From the NCBI GenBank assembly GCA_038331135.1, contig JBBQOS010000001.1, positions 9,140 through 73,139 on the forward strand: DNA of 64,000 nt, in the 5' to 3' direction. Positions 49,295 through 59,104 of the stretch are shown piece after piece. Origin of the DNA: Candidatus Moraniibacteriota bacterium (GTDB lineage Bacteria > Patescibacteriota > Minisyncoccia > Moranbacterales > UBA9337). The stretch's first letter is position 1, and each line of letters opens with the position of its first letter. The notes below the pieces were generated by a model. It had not been told where the DNA came from, made no database searches, and worked only from the letters and a program-made list of their open reading frames with translations. The position numbers and the translations under genes were made by a program.

Positions 49295-50887
49295 CTACCC
49301 AATCGGCAACTCTATAATAAAAGTCGAGCCTTTTTCTATGCCAGATGACTCGGCCCAAATTTTACCATGATGAGCCTGTATTATTTTTCTTCCGACATAA
49401 ATACCCAATCCAATTCCGCCAGTCGCCAATTGATTAGCGTTGCTTCCTCTAGAAAATTTCTTAAATAAATCACCTATTTCACTTTTTGATATACCCATTC
49501 CTGTATCAGAAATAGCTATCCTAATCATTCCATAATTTGTTTTTTCTAGGCTTATCTTAATAAATCCCTTAACTGTATATTTAATAGAATTGTCGATAAG
49601 ATTAGAAATAACTTCACGAATTTTCCCCGCATCCATGGTTATATTGGGAATTTTATCTTTACTTATTTCCAATTTCAATTCCAAGCCTCTATCTCGGGCT
49701 CTTATCTTAAAAGTTTCATTTAACTCTTTTACAATTTTTTCGCAAGATTGGTTTGGCTTAAAATCATATTGCATCTTTCCAGATTCAATCCTTGAAATAT
49801 TAAGAATGTCCTCCACTAATTCTATTAATCTCTCATTTGATGCAAATGCTCTCGATAGCGAATCTCTGGTTTCATTGTCTAAATTATTATTAGGATCTTC
49901 TTTGGCCAAAGCTAAATAACCCTTAATAACGGTGGGTGGAGTCCTGAGCTGATGGGCCGCGATTGATATAAATTCATTTTTAGCATCATCTAATTTTTTT
50001 AACTTCTTATTACTAATTTCCAACTTTTTGCCCATCTTTTCCAATTTTTCCTTTTGAGAAACATCCTGCTTATAATTTTTAATTAGTAAATTTGCAAATA
50101 TTAACAAAAACAAAAGCATTACTATTCGATAAACAATCTCAAAAAAACTATCTAAAAAAAATATCTCAGCTATACTAACCGTCAAAATTAAACCGATTAA
50201 CGCTTGCGCAAAAAATATCTTCACATTTATTAAATTCTTTTTAATTGCCACATACACAAAAAGAAAAACAGTTAAAAATATTGACACTATTCCACTATAA
50301 AGATAATGTTCTATGCCGTAAAAAACAGGCAGACTAAAAAACCCCAAAATAGCAATTAAAAATGAGCCCAGTAATATATTTCTATTGATTAGCTTAGTCT
50401 CTATATCTTTATTTTTGAGAGTAGCATTAAATAATTCTGCGATTGTTAACAGGTAAAATCCTATATATACAAAAATTAAATATCCCACAAATGCTAGCCC
50501 ACTTAACGAAATTGGACTAAATATTTCCAGGTTACCTTCTCTCAAATTATACAGATAAAATAACCCAAAAATAAAAGACGCCAGGTAGCCTAATGATACA
50601 ATTAATTTTCTTTTTTTATTTAATAAGACAGTTATCCAGCAATAATAAGTAACTGGGCTAAGTATCAAGCCTAGATTAAAGATACCAAAGAAAATATCTA
50701 AAAAACTTCGCGATTCGGATATGAGCCAAAAATAATAACCGAAGCTCCACCAGCCCAAAAGAAATAAGACCATTACAGAGATAACATTAACTTTTTTTAC
50801 TTCTTCAAATAAAAAAGCTACAATCAAAACCACAGTAAAAATACCTCCTGCAAAATAAAGTGCTGCCAATAAATTACTTAATTCCAT
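49295..50887 (-). CDS. sensor histidine kinase with polytopic (7TM-like) membrane sensor domain
   Basis: Multiple TM helices. H-box IAAHQLRTPPTVIKGY. HATPase_c with GGIGLGIYVGRKI. Confidence 0.8.
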   Translation of the reverse strand: MELSNLLAALYFAGGIFTVVLIVAFLFEEVKKVNVISVMVLFLLGWWSFGYYFWLISESRSFLDIFFGIFNLGLILSPVTYYCWITVLLNKKRKLIVSLGYLASFIFGLFYLYNLREGNLEIFSPISLSGLAFVGYLIFVYIGFYLLTIAELFNATLKNKDIETKLINRNILLGSFLIAILGFFSLPVFYGIEHYLYSGIVSIFLTVFLFVYVAIKKNLINVKIFFAQALIGLILTVSIAEIFFLDSFFEIVYRIVMLLFLLIFANLLIKNYKQDVSQKEKLEKMGKKLEISNKKLKKLDDAKNEFISIAAHQLRTPPTVIKGYLALAKEDPNNNLDNETRDSLSRAFASNERLIELVEDILNISRIESGKMQYDFKPNQSCEKIVKELNETFKIRARDRGLELKLEISKDKIPNITMDAGKIREVISNLIDNSIKYTVKGFIKISLEKTNYGMIRIAISDTGMGISKSEIGDLFKKFSRGSNANQLATGGIGLGIYVGRKIIQAHHGKIWAESSGIEKGSTFIIELPIG

Positions 50888-50970
50888 AAAATAAGATTAA
50901 TAAAAAGTATTTTAATTATACCAAAGATAGCCCAAAATTCAAAACTTATTTTTAAATATTATATCTGAGA

Positions 50971-51285
50971 TTATTTAAATTTTTTTGAAATATCTATAAC
51001 TACACTAAAATCATCTTTATCATTAATGCCATTATATCTCTGGAAATCACACTTTTTACATCTGTGCAATATAAAATATCTTCCACCTTTTCTCAATTCT
51101 AATCCCACTGGACTCATTAATCCTCCACATTTCTCCATTCTATCGCCGGGATTTATATCCACATGCTTGCTCCAAAGACATTTTTGACAATGATTAGTAT
51201 ACCCATCGCCACCAACCTCAAAACCGCAATTTTCACAAATAAAATCTTCTTTTTTCTTTTGAAATTTTTTAGTTAACATCGACAT
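50971..51285 (-). CDS. zinc-ribbon domain protein, hypothetical
   Basis: Two CxxC pairs (CENCGF...CQKC; CGG...CKKC). Confidence 0.45.
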   Translation of the reverse strand: MSMLTKKFQKKKEDFICENCGFEVGGDGYTNHCQKCLWSKHVDINPGDRMEKCGGLMSPVGLELRKGGRYFILHRCKKCDFQRYNGINDKDDFSVVIDISKKFK

Positions 51286-51290
51286 TGTTG

Positions 51291-51740
51291 CTATTTCTTA
51301 AGCTTATCACCTACTTGGATCTCGCATCGACTTGCATCATTAGCGTTTAATTCTAAAACTTTATCTGATTTTTCGTTAGAATCATAAACGTTCTTAGATT
51401 GATGATTAACATTTTGAATAATATCGACAACTTTATTATCGCGCAACCAAATTATATCTATCGGAAAGCGCATATCTTTCATCCAAAAAAAATAATCACC
51501 CTCTTTGTCAAATACAAATAGCATTCCACAGTCATTGCAAAGAGTGTCTCGACCGGCGAGACCTTTTTTTCTATCATCTTCACCACTAACTGCCTCTATA
51601 TTAAAAACGCAATTTCCAAGAGAAGCTCGCCTCCCATTACTATCATAAATACTGTTTTTATTTTTCAGGTATAAAAATATTCCTAATGCCAAAAGAACCG
51701 CCAATAAAATCAACATAGCCAAAATTTTATTTTTTTTCAT
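51291..51740 (-). CDS. DUF192 (COG1430) family secreted/membrane protein
   Basis: GMLFVFD...FWMKDMRFPIDIIW pattern typical of DUF192. Confidence 0.55.
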   Translation of the reverse strand: MKKNKILAMLILLAVLLALGIFLYLKNKNSIYDSNGRRASLGNCVFNIEAVSGEDDRKKGLAGRDTLCNDCGMLFVFDKEGDYFFWMKDMRFPIDIIWLRDNKVVDIIQNVNHQSKNVYDSNEKSDKVLELNANDASRCEIQVGDKLKK

Positions 51741-52779
51741 ATATTTTTTTTGATATCAATTTTTCTTTTTTATTAATAAATCCATAAAAAAACAGCATTA
51801 AAAATAGCAAACAAAACATTATCAATACCTTTTCTAAACCTTTAGCGTTTAACGCCACAATCGCCACCAAGATAGTAACTGAATAAAAAAATATATTTAT
51901 CTGCCAATACGACCAACCTATTTTCATTAATTTATAGTGCAAGTGCTCTTGATCGGCAGCAAATATCGATTTTCTATCCAATAATCTTTTTAAAATCACC
52001 CAAAAAAAATCGATTAACGGAATAAATAGAATTAATAAAGTAGTGGCTATTTTTGTTCCGGCAAAAATAGATAATCCCGCCACAATAAATCCCACAAAAA
52101 AAATTCCACTACTCCCTACTATTATTTTAGCGGGTGGAAAATTAAATGTCAAAAATCCCAAAATCGATCCACTTAAAGCCATGGCAAGTATTCCAACGGG
52201 CGGTTGATTTACCTCAGGCTTTAAGGATAACAGAAATATGGCCAATACTCCAACCAAATAAACCCCCATACTTAATCCATCCATTCCATCCAGCCAGTTC
52301 ATGGAATTTATTAAAATTATGGACCAAATACTTGCCAGCAGAATTACTATTAAAATTTTTAACGCATTATCAAGTAAGATAACATCGCCTAATGGATTTG
52401 ATATAGAATATATCTTAACTCCGCAAATAAAAATCAAAACTACGGACAGTGTTTGAAAGAATAGTTGTTTTTTCCAGCTGACTTCTTTAAGATCATCCCA
52501 AAATCCCACTGCAAAAATTATCAAGCTACCCAATAAGATACCTCCAATATCCTGAGTTATCACCAAATTTTTATCCAATAAAATAACACTCAAAAAAGAA
52601 ACTGCAATGGCAATTCCTCCCCACCGAGATATGTTTTTGCTATGAATATGACGGTTTTCTTTCCTATTTTTTTCTCTACCTAAAAAAAATTTACCTGTAA
52701 TATATTTGATAACAAAAATTAAAACTACGCTTGTGCTAAAAGCGAAAATAAAAGGAAATAAATATAGATTTAAATTCAT
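51727..52779 (-). CDS. polyprenyl-phosphate sugar-1-phosphate transferase (MraY/WecA family, GT4)
   Basis: NSMNWLDGMDGL signature. About 10 TM helices. Lacks the MraY-specific HxxK..GTPTMGG, so WecA/TagO-like. Confidence 0.7.
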   Translation of the reverse strand: MNLNLYLFPFIFAFSTSVVLIFVIKYITGKFFLGREKNRKENRHIHSKNISRWGGIAIAVSFLSVILLDKNLVITQDIGGILLGSLIIFAVGFWDDLKEVSWKKQLFFQTLSVVLIFICGVKIYSISNPLGDVILLDNALKILIVILLASIWSIILINSMNWLDGMDGLSMGVYLVGVLAIFLLSLKPEVNQPPVGILAMALSGSILGFLTFNFPPAKIIVGSSGIFFVGFIVAGLSIFAGTKIATTLLILFIPLIDFFWVILKRLLDRKSIFAADQEHLHYKLMKIGWSYWQINIFFYSVTILVAIVALNAKGLEKVLIMFCLLFLMLFFYGFINKKEKLISKKIYEKK

Positions 52780-52852
52780 ACTAGCAAATTAACACATCAA
52801 CATTAAAACAAAATAACAATTTAGCAATCCAACTTCTTAACTAATCAACTGC

Positions 52853-53968
52853 TCAACTATTTAGCGCCTTAAACTTATCGTATTCTTCTTTAATATATTT
52901 TTTAATCTTTTCTTTAAAAATGTTTTTATTAAATTTTAATGCTTTGGATCTTATATAGTCACCGTCAAATTCCAGCTTTAAAAATTCATTAACCGCTTTG
53001 ATTACTGAAGTGGCTGTTTGCTTTTCAATAAAAATTCCCGTCTTGCCTTCTTCCAAGTTTTCTACTATATCTCCACCTCGATAAGCAATTAACGGACGTC
53101 CGGCAGCCATCGCTTCAATAGCCACAATCCCAAAATCCTCTTCTTGCGGAAAAACGAAAGCTCTACAATTGGCATAATATTTAGGAAGATGCACGTCATC
53201 CACTCGTCCCAAAAATTCTATATTATCCTTGGCAATTTTTTTCATTTTTTTTAGTTCCGGACCTCGACCAATAATTTTAAGTGGCAACCCCAATTCATTA
53301 AAAGCTTCAATTACAATATCGTGTCTTTTGTATGTTATTAATCTACCTACGATTAAAAAATAATCCTCCCTCTTAGCGGCGCCTTTTTCTATATAAAAAT
53401 TTTCCACATTTACTGGGGGATTAATTACTATGGAATCTTTTTTATAATATTTTTTTATCCGCTTGGCGACAAAATTGGAATTAGCAATAAAATTATCCAC
53501 ACGAGTAGCGCTGACTGAATCCCAAATTCTAATGTAATTCATAAAAAATGGAACCATTTTTTTTATAAAAGATGGCAAACCAAAATCATCTGTATATTTC
53601 TGACAATCATCCCAAGCATAACGCATCGGAGTATGCATATAACAAATATGCAAAGTGTCGGGTGAAGTAATAATACCTTTGGCGTAGCTAGAAGAATCAG
53701 AAAGAACAATATCGTAAGACGAGAAATCAAATTGCTCGATTGCACTCGTCATCAAAAGCGGAAAAATCCTATGCCTTTTTCGAGCCAAGGGAAAATGTTG
53801 CAAAAAAGAAGTGTGAATTTTTTTGTCCGCAAAAACACCATGCATTAATTTTTTATCATACATAATAGTATAGATATGTGCCTCGGGAAAAATTTCTGTA
53901 AAACACTCAAGAACTCTTTCCGCTCCCCCGCATTGGACTAAATAATCATGGACTAAAGCAATCTTCAT
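52853..53968 (-). CDS. glycosyltransferase family 1 (GT-B)
   Basis: MKIALVHDYL...GGAERV N-terminus and EDFGIVAIEAMAAGRP EX7E motif. Confidence 0.8.
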   Translation of the reverse strand: MKIALVHDYLVQCGGAERVLECFTEIFPEAHIYTIMYDKKLMHGVFADKKIHTSFLQHFPLARKRHRIFPLLMTSAIEQFDFSSYDIVLSDSSSYAKGIITSPDTLHICYMHTPMRYAWDDCQKYTDDFGLPSFIKKMVPFFMNYIRIWDSVSATRVDNFIANSNFVAKRIKKYYKKDSIVINPPVNVENFYIEKGAAKREDYFLIVGRLITYKRHDIVIEAFNELGLPLKIIGRGPELKKMKKIAKDNIEFLGRVDDVHLPKYYANCRAFVFPQEEDFGIVAIEAMAAGRPLIAYRGGDIVENLEEGKTGIFIEKQTATSVIKAVNEFLKLEFDGDYIRSKALKFNKNIFKEKIKKYIKEEYDKFKALNS

Positions 53969-54134
53969 AAAGCATTCACTTTAACATATTAACATTTTAG
54001 CAAGACAATTTCGTAATTTGCACAAATTTTTCAATTATGTCATCTCGACCTTATGGAGAGATCTAAATAAGCGAATAAATTTAAAACACTAAACAATATA
54101 TCATTAAAACAATTAAACCAAATTTCCTATCATA

Positions 54135-55094
54135 TTATTTGTAAATTTGTACCAGATTCGTACTTTTGTAGTGGGTCAAATAAACATTTTCCAAAAGACA
54201 CGCCACTGTCACTGGTCCCACTCCTCCTGGAACTGGAGAGATAAATGCATTAGTATTTTCAAATGATTTAGTGTCGACATCCCCCACGGTTTTTCCATCA
54301 ACTTTATTTATCCCACCATCAATTATAATTACATCATCCTTGATCATACTGCTATTTAATAAGTTGGGTACTCCACAGGCCACTACAACGATATCAGCTT
54401 CTCTTAAAATATTTTTATTTTCATCAATTTTATCAGCCATAAAATACTGGGATTTTATTTTTATTTTTCGAAAATATTCTTGCATCACTAGTCCGAAATC
54501 ATCTGATTTACAAATAATTATCGCTTTACTACATTTAAATAATTTCGATCCATTAAATTTACGAACGACAGTCTCCTCTCCATCTTTGTACTCAAGGGGG
54601 GAGATGTTCAGCAAGACAGAGGGGGTTTCATTTTCTATTTCCAAATCCATCAATACGCTTTCCACCATTTTAATAATCGCCTTGGGAAAAACAGGAAAAA
54701 GAGTTGCTTGATTTTTTGAAAAACACTTTTGATTCTCATCACAAAAACCATCCACATCTTTTTTAGGCGAAATAGCATTAATAATTTTATTCTTATCTAA
54801 ACCATCAGGCAGTGGCAGTTGCACAATCACTCCGTCAATATTGTTATCATCATTTATTTCTTTTATTTTTTCCAGAATAATTTCCTCTTTTACATTTGCG
54901 TCATATTTGTAAAGAAAGAAATTAAAGCCAATTTTTTTGGCTGCTTTTTCTTTTAAGCCCACATAAATTTTAGAGGCCTCGTCTTTTCCTATTAGAATAA
55001 CCGCCAAAGTCGGTTTGGTTTCTCTATCTTCTATATGGCTTTTAATATTGGTTAAAATATCGTCAGCTATTTTTCTACCTTCGATCAACTGCAT
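54135..55094 (-). CDS. folD: bifunctional methylenetetrahydrofolate dehydrogenase/methenyl-THF cyclohydrolase
   Basis: LAVILIGKDEASKIYVGLKEKA, VQLPLP and PVPGGVGPVT motifs. Internal insertion present. Confidence 0.85.
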   Translation of the reverse strand: MQLIEGRKIADDILTNIKSHIEDRETKPTLAVILIGKDEASKIYVGLKEKAAKKIGFNFFLYKYDANVKEEIILEKIKEINDDNNIDGVIVQLPLPDGLDKNKIINAISPKKDVDGFCDENQKCFSKNQATLFPVFPKAIIKMVESVLMDLEIENETPSVLLNISPLEYKDGEETVVRKFNGSKLFKCSKAIIICKSDDFGLVMQEYFRKIKIKSQYFMADKIDENKNILREADIVVVACGVPNLLNSSMIKDDVIIIDGGINKVDGKTVGDVDTKSFENTNAFISPVPGGVGPVTVACLLENVYLTHYKSTNLVQIYK

Positions 55095-55852
55095 AAATCA
55101 AGCACCTTCTCCACATTGTACCCAAGGGGGAGATTGAGAGGGGATTATTCTTATTATACCAACATTTTCCCTCCCTGTCTTTGCCTGCCCGCTTCACTGA
55201 GGCGAGCCCCGTCAAACAATATTTGATTAGGGGTGGTATTCAAAGGAAAGATTAAGAGAGATTATTTCTATAATTTCAATATTTCAATATTAACACAAAC
55301 CCTAAAATACCGCTATTGACTTTTTGCCTAAAATGTGCCATCACTTAAAGTCAGCTAAGGATATTTATTTCAACGCCTGCTACGCTAAGTACAAACTCAA
55401 CCCAGGAGACTTGCTATGTCAAGAATACTAACATCATAAAAAAATTAAGCACTTTTTTGCATAAAAAAATCACGTTAAGTGTGATTTTATATTTGAAGTA
55501 AGATTTAAAGAATTAACATTTTTGATGCAATTTTAAATTTTTATATTTATCAACAAGATTTTTCTGATCATTTGCTGATTACCTGGTAGCTTTCAAAATT
55601 GCCTTTTTCTGCTCTCTTGAGTTAATAAGCTCTTTCAAAATTATACGCTTGGCCTCTTCTTTCTTATTTTTTGTAAATATATTTTCCATATAATTAATTC
55701 GATATAGAGCATCTTCATCTTATTGTTTTTTAGCAACCTAGCCACTAAATTAAAAATAATTGTCATTTTAGACGCACGTGCTATATTTTGACAACTTTTA
55801 TTTTAAAAGCTTATCTTTTTTATATTTTCCTCGATACCCGATTTTTAATTTC

Positions 55853-56473
55853 TTATAACGTAAAAGCACCACTCCTTTTATTGCCGTCCGCAAAAGGATG
55901 GTTTTTTACCATGAAATATAAAAGATGAGTCGCTTTTTCCTCAACACTCGGATAAAGATCCTTTCCCCCAAAGGATTGCATCACATTTCCGACAATTCCC
56001 GCTGTAGCTTCCCTACTTCTTTCTTTTGCAAAAAGTTCTGTAGCCTGTTTTCCGATAATCAATTTTTTCTTGAGTTCCAAAATAGCTAACATTAACTCGT
56101 CTGCTGTAAAAACGACTTGTTTTTTTGTGGCTCCAGTCCCAGGTAATCTATCACTATCATATGCGTCCAACGAAAACCAAGTGTCTGCAAAAGCATTCAC
56201 TAATTCCAAAATGTCTTGGGCTTTTATCTTATTACCTTTTGGTAAAAGAGCTTTCACATCAGAAACTGCTTGCAAGAATTTTTCATAATTTTGGGCAACA
56301 CGATTTCTGTTTATAGTATATCCACTAATTATATGCTGTTTAAGTATTTTATTGGCCCATTTCCTAAAATCTATTGCTTTTTTAGAGCTTGTCCTATATC
56401 CCACAGATAAAACCACATCTAATGAATAAAAAGCTACGGGCTTATCAGAATTTGCAATATGCATTTTTTGCAT
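55853..56473 (-). pseudogene. RhuM-family N-domain plus Doc/Fic domain protein, C-terminally truncated right after the Fic/Doc motif
   Basis: HPFADGNKRSGAFTL followed by stop. The RhuM-like FRKWANKILKQHIISGY lies N-terminal. Downstream 55580-55690 (minus) holds a short out-of-frame ORF remnant in a 750-nt gene-free stretch. Confidence 0.5.
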
Positions 56474-56889
56474 ATTGCTTCTCTCATCTATTTCCTTGTC
56501 CTTAAAAATGCTTCTTACATGCCTTGAAATAACTGACTGATCTTTTTCATATAACTTAACGATTTGAGCCTGATTTAATCAGACACTTTCATTTTCAAAA
56601 TAAACATTCAAATCAACCTCTTTTCCAGCGGTTTTATAAATCACGATTGATCCCCTATTCTTTTTTTTCTTGCCCGCCTTAGCCTTGGCGGCGGCGAGTT
56701 CCTTCTTTTTCATTTTATTTTTTATTAATAGACTACACCGCTATTATACCATCACTATAATTACTATCAACAGATATCAAACCCAAATGATTTTTTACTT
56801 CTTACGAAGGGTATCTTAAAAGGTACCTTTGGGGGTACCTTTTAATTATATAACGTTTTAAATATAAAACAAATTTAATTTATATTAAA

Positions 56890-57930
56890 TTATTCTTTAA
56901 TTTCTGTAGCGGCCGCTTTCAATACTTCCTTGGCAATTACATCAAATAATTTTTGGTTTTCTTTAAGATAAGCCTTGGCTTTTTCTCGACCAGTGCCCAG
57001 TTTTTCTTCACCATAAGCGTAAGAATTACCAGCCTTTTTAATCACCTCTAACTTAACACCTGTGTCCAATAAATCTCCACTGCGAGAAATTCCTTCGTTG
57101 TACATAATATCAAACTCGGAAGTTTGAAAAGGCGGAGCAACTTTATTTTTTACCACTTTAACTTTTACTCTATTTCCCACTACTTGCTCGCCTGATTTAA
57201 TTTGAGCACTTCGTCGCACATCTATTCGCACTGAAGAATAAAATTTTAATGCTTGTCCTCCACTAGTAGTTTCGGGATTGCCAAACATCACGCCGATTTT
57301 CATTCTTATCTGGTTAATGAAAATAACGACCGTGTTAGATTTGCCCATTATAGGAGTCAACTTACGCAAAGCTTGTGACATCAACCTAGCTTGACGACCG
57401 ACATGATGATCCCCCATCTCGCCTTCAATCTCAGCTCGTGGCACCAAAGCTGCTACGGAGTCAACAACGATTAAATCGATAGCGTTACTCCGAACCAGTG
57501 TTTCTACAATATCCAATGCCTGCTCTCCTGAGTCTGGTTGAGAAATTAACAATTCATTAATATTCACTCCAATTTTTTTGGCGTAAGACGGATCCATAGC
57601 ATGTTCAGCATCCACAAAAGCCACAGCTCCTCCCGCTTTTTGCGCATTGGCCGCAATATGCAAAGAGAGAGTTGTTTTACCCGATGACTCTGGTCCATAT
57701 ATCTCAATAATACGTCCTCGAGGAACGCCACCGATACCTAAGGCAATATCCAAAGATATCGATCCGGTAGGAATAGAAGCTACATCCACCCTTTTTACAT
57801 CACCTAATTTCATTATCATCCCATCCCCAAATTTTTGTCTTATTTCATCTACGACACCATCTAACTTTTTTTCCATTGATTCTGTATTGGTAGGTTTTAG
57901 TTCTTTGAGCGGTTTATTTTTTGTTGCCAT
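56890..57930 (-). CDS. recA: recombinase RecA
   Basis: GPESSGKTT Walker A. RecA L1/L2 loop sequences. Confidence 0.95.
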   Translation of the reverse strand: MATKNKPLKELKPTNTESMEKKLDGVVDEIRQKFGDGMIMKLGDVKRVDVASIPTGSISLDIALGIGGVPRGRIIEIYGPESSGKTTLSLHIAANAQKAGGAVAFVDAEHAMDPSYAKKIGVNINELLISQPDSGEQALDIVETLVRSNAIDLIVVDSVAALVPRAEIEGEMGDHHVGRQARLMSQALRKLTPIMGKSNTVVIFINQIRMKIGVMFGNPETTSGGQALKFYSSVRIDVRRSAQIKSGEQVVGNRVKVKVVKNKVAPPFQTSEFDIMYNEGISRSGDLLDTGVKLEVIKKAGNSYAYGEEKLGTGREKAKAYLKENQKLFDVIAKEVLKAAATEIKE

Positions 57931-58008
57931 AAGCTTTACACATTAACATATTAGCATTTTAACATTTAAACAATAAAGGCTATATGTAATTTTTATATAA
58001 ATTAATTA

Positions 58009-58902
58009 TTAATTACTGCTAGTTTTTTTCTTTTTATTATCTAATGGTTTAATTTTAGCTGACTCACTACTGTCGACACCTAGTACAGCACCCTCAGTTT
58101 GCGAAACTTCATCTGCTTCAATTTCCTCTTGCGAACCATCGGGAGATTGCATATTGTTTTCATCCACCTTTAGTTCTTCTTGAGGAGCGACATTTTCTAT
58201 AGGTCTTATTTCTTCCGGTTTATTATAATGAGCCTCCACAGAAATTGATTCCACTACTTCTTTATTAAACTGATTAACACTCTTTACTGATATAACATTT
58301 TTTCCTTCTCGTAATACAATACTTTCTGCAAAAACACCCTCATCATTCACCATAACCAATTGATTATTTATAAATAATTCATTACCTACGTCTGTTTTTC
58401 CTTTTACCAGAACCTTTGTGTCGTTAATCACTGAATCAGCCTCTGGATTTATTATCAACAACTCTGGATTAGAAACAAAATTGTTTAGATTTTTAAATAA
58501 ATAAAAAGATAATGCTATAAAAAATAATGAAACAAAAACAATCGAAATTATTTTAGGCGTAACTGAAAATTTAGATAAATTTATTTTATTTAAATTAGTT
58601 TTCTCCTTACCTTTATTATTGCCCGCTATGTTTTTTTGAATACTTTTTTCTTTATTAAATGACTTTATTAGGTAATCTTCATTTATCCCCAAATAATCGG
58701 CGAAACTTTTTAAAAATCCCTTAACATACACATCTGCTGGTAAACCATTATAATTTCCACTTTCCAAAAACTCCAAATATTCTAATTGAATTTTAGTATT
58801 TTTAGCTATTTCTGACAATCCAATCCTTTTTTCAGTCCTAGCTCTTTGCATCTTTTCTCCTAGAGTCAAAGATTGAATTTTTTTTACTTTGAATCCATTC
58901 AT
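58009..58902 (-). CDS. rodZ: RodZ-like cytoskeleton protein (XRE-HTH, TM, periplasmic domain)
   Basis: N-terminal HTH (LGEKMQRARTEKRIGLSEIAKNTKIQLEYLEFLE). Central TM. C-terminal beta domain. Confidence 0.6.
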   Translation of the reverse strand: MNGFKVKKIQSLTLGEKMQRARTEKRIGLSEIAKNTKIQLEYLEFLESGNYNGLPADVYVKGFLKSFADYLGINEDYLIKSFNKEKSIQKNIAGNNKGKEKTNLNKINLSKFSVTPKIISIVFVSLFFIALSFYLFKNLNNFVSNPELLIINPEADSVINDTKVLVKGKTDVGNELFINNQLVMVNDEGVFAESIVLREGKNVISVKSVNQFNKEVVESISVEAHYNKPEEIRPIENVAPQEELKVDENNMQSPDGSQEEIEADEVSQTEGAVLGVDSSESAKIKPLDNKKKKTSSN

Positions 58903-59104
58903 GAATTAAGTATAAAGTATTATGAATTATAAATTTTTAAACCGTATCTCACGCTCAACTCTGTTTAGGTCCCTTAAAATTATTACAGAATTTGGATGAA
59001 GGAATTTTTCTTACAATTAAAAAATGAATTCCCAAATCTTGTTTTAATTGCTATTCCTAATTACCAGTTACCAGTTTAATGGCTGCTAGTTACTAATTAC
59101 CAAT

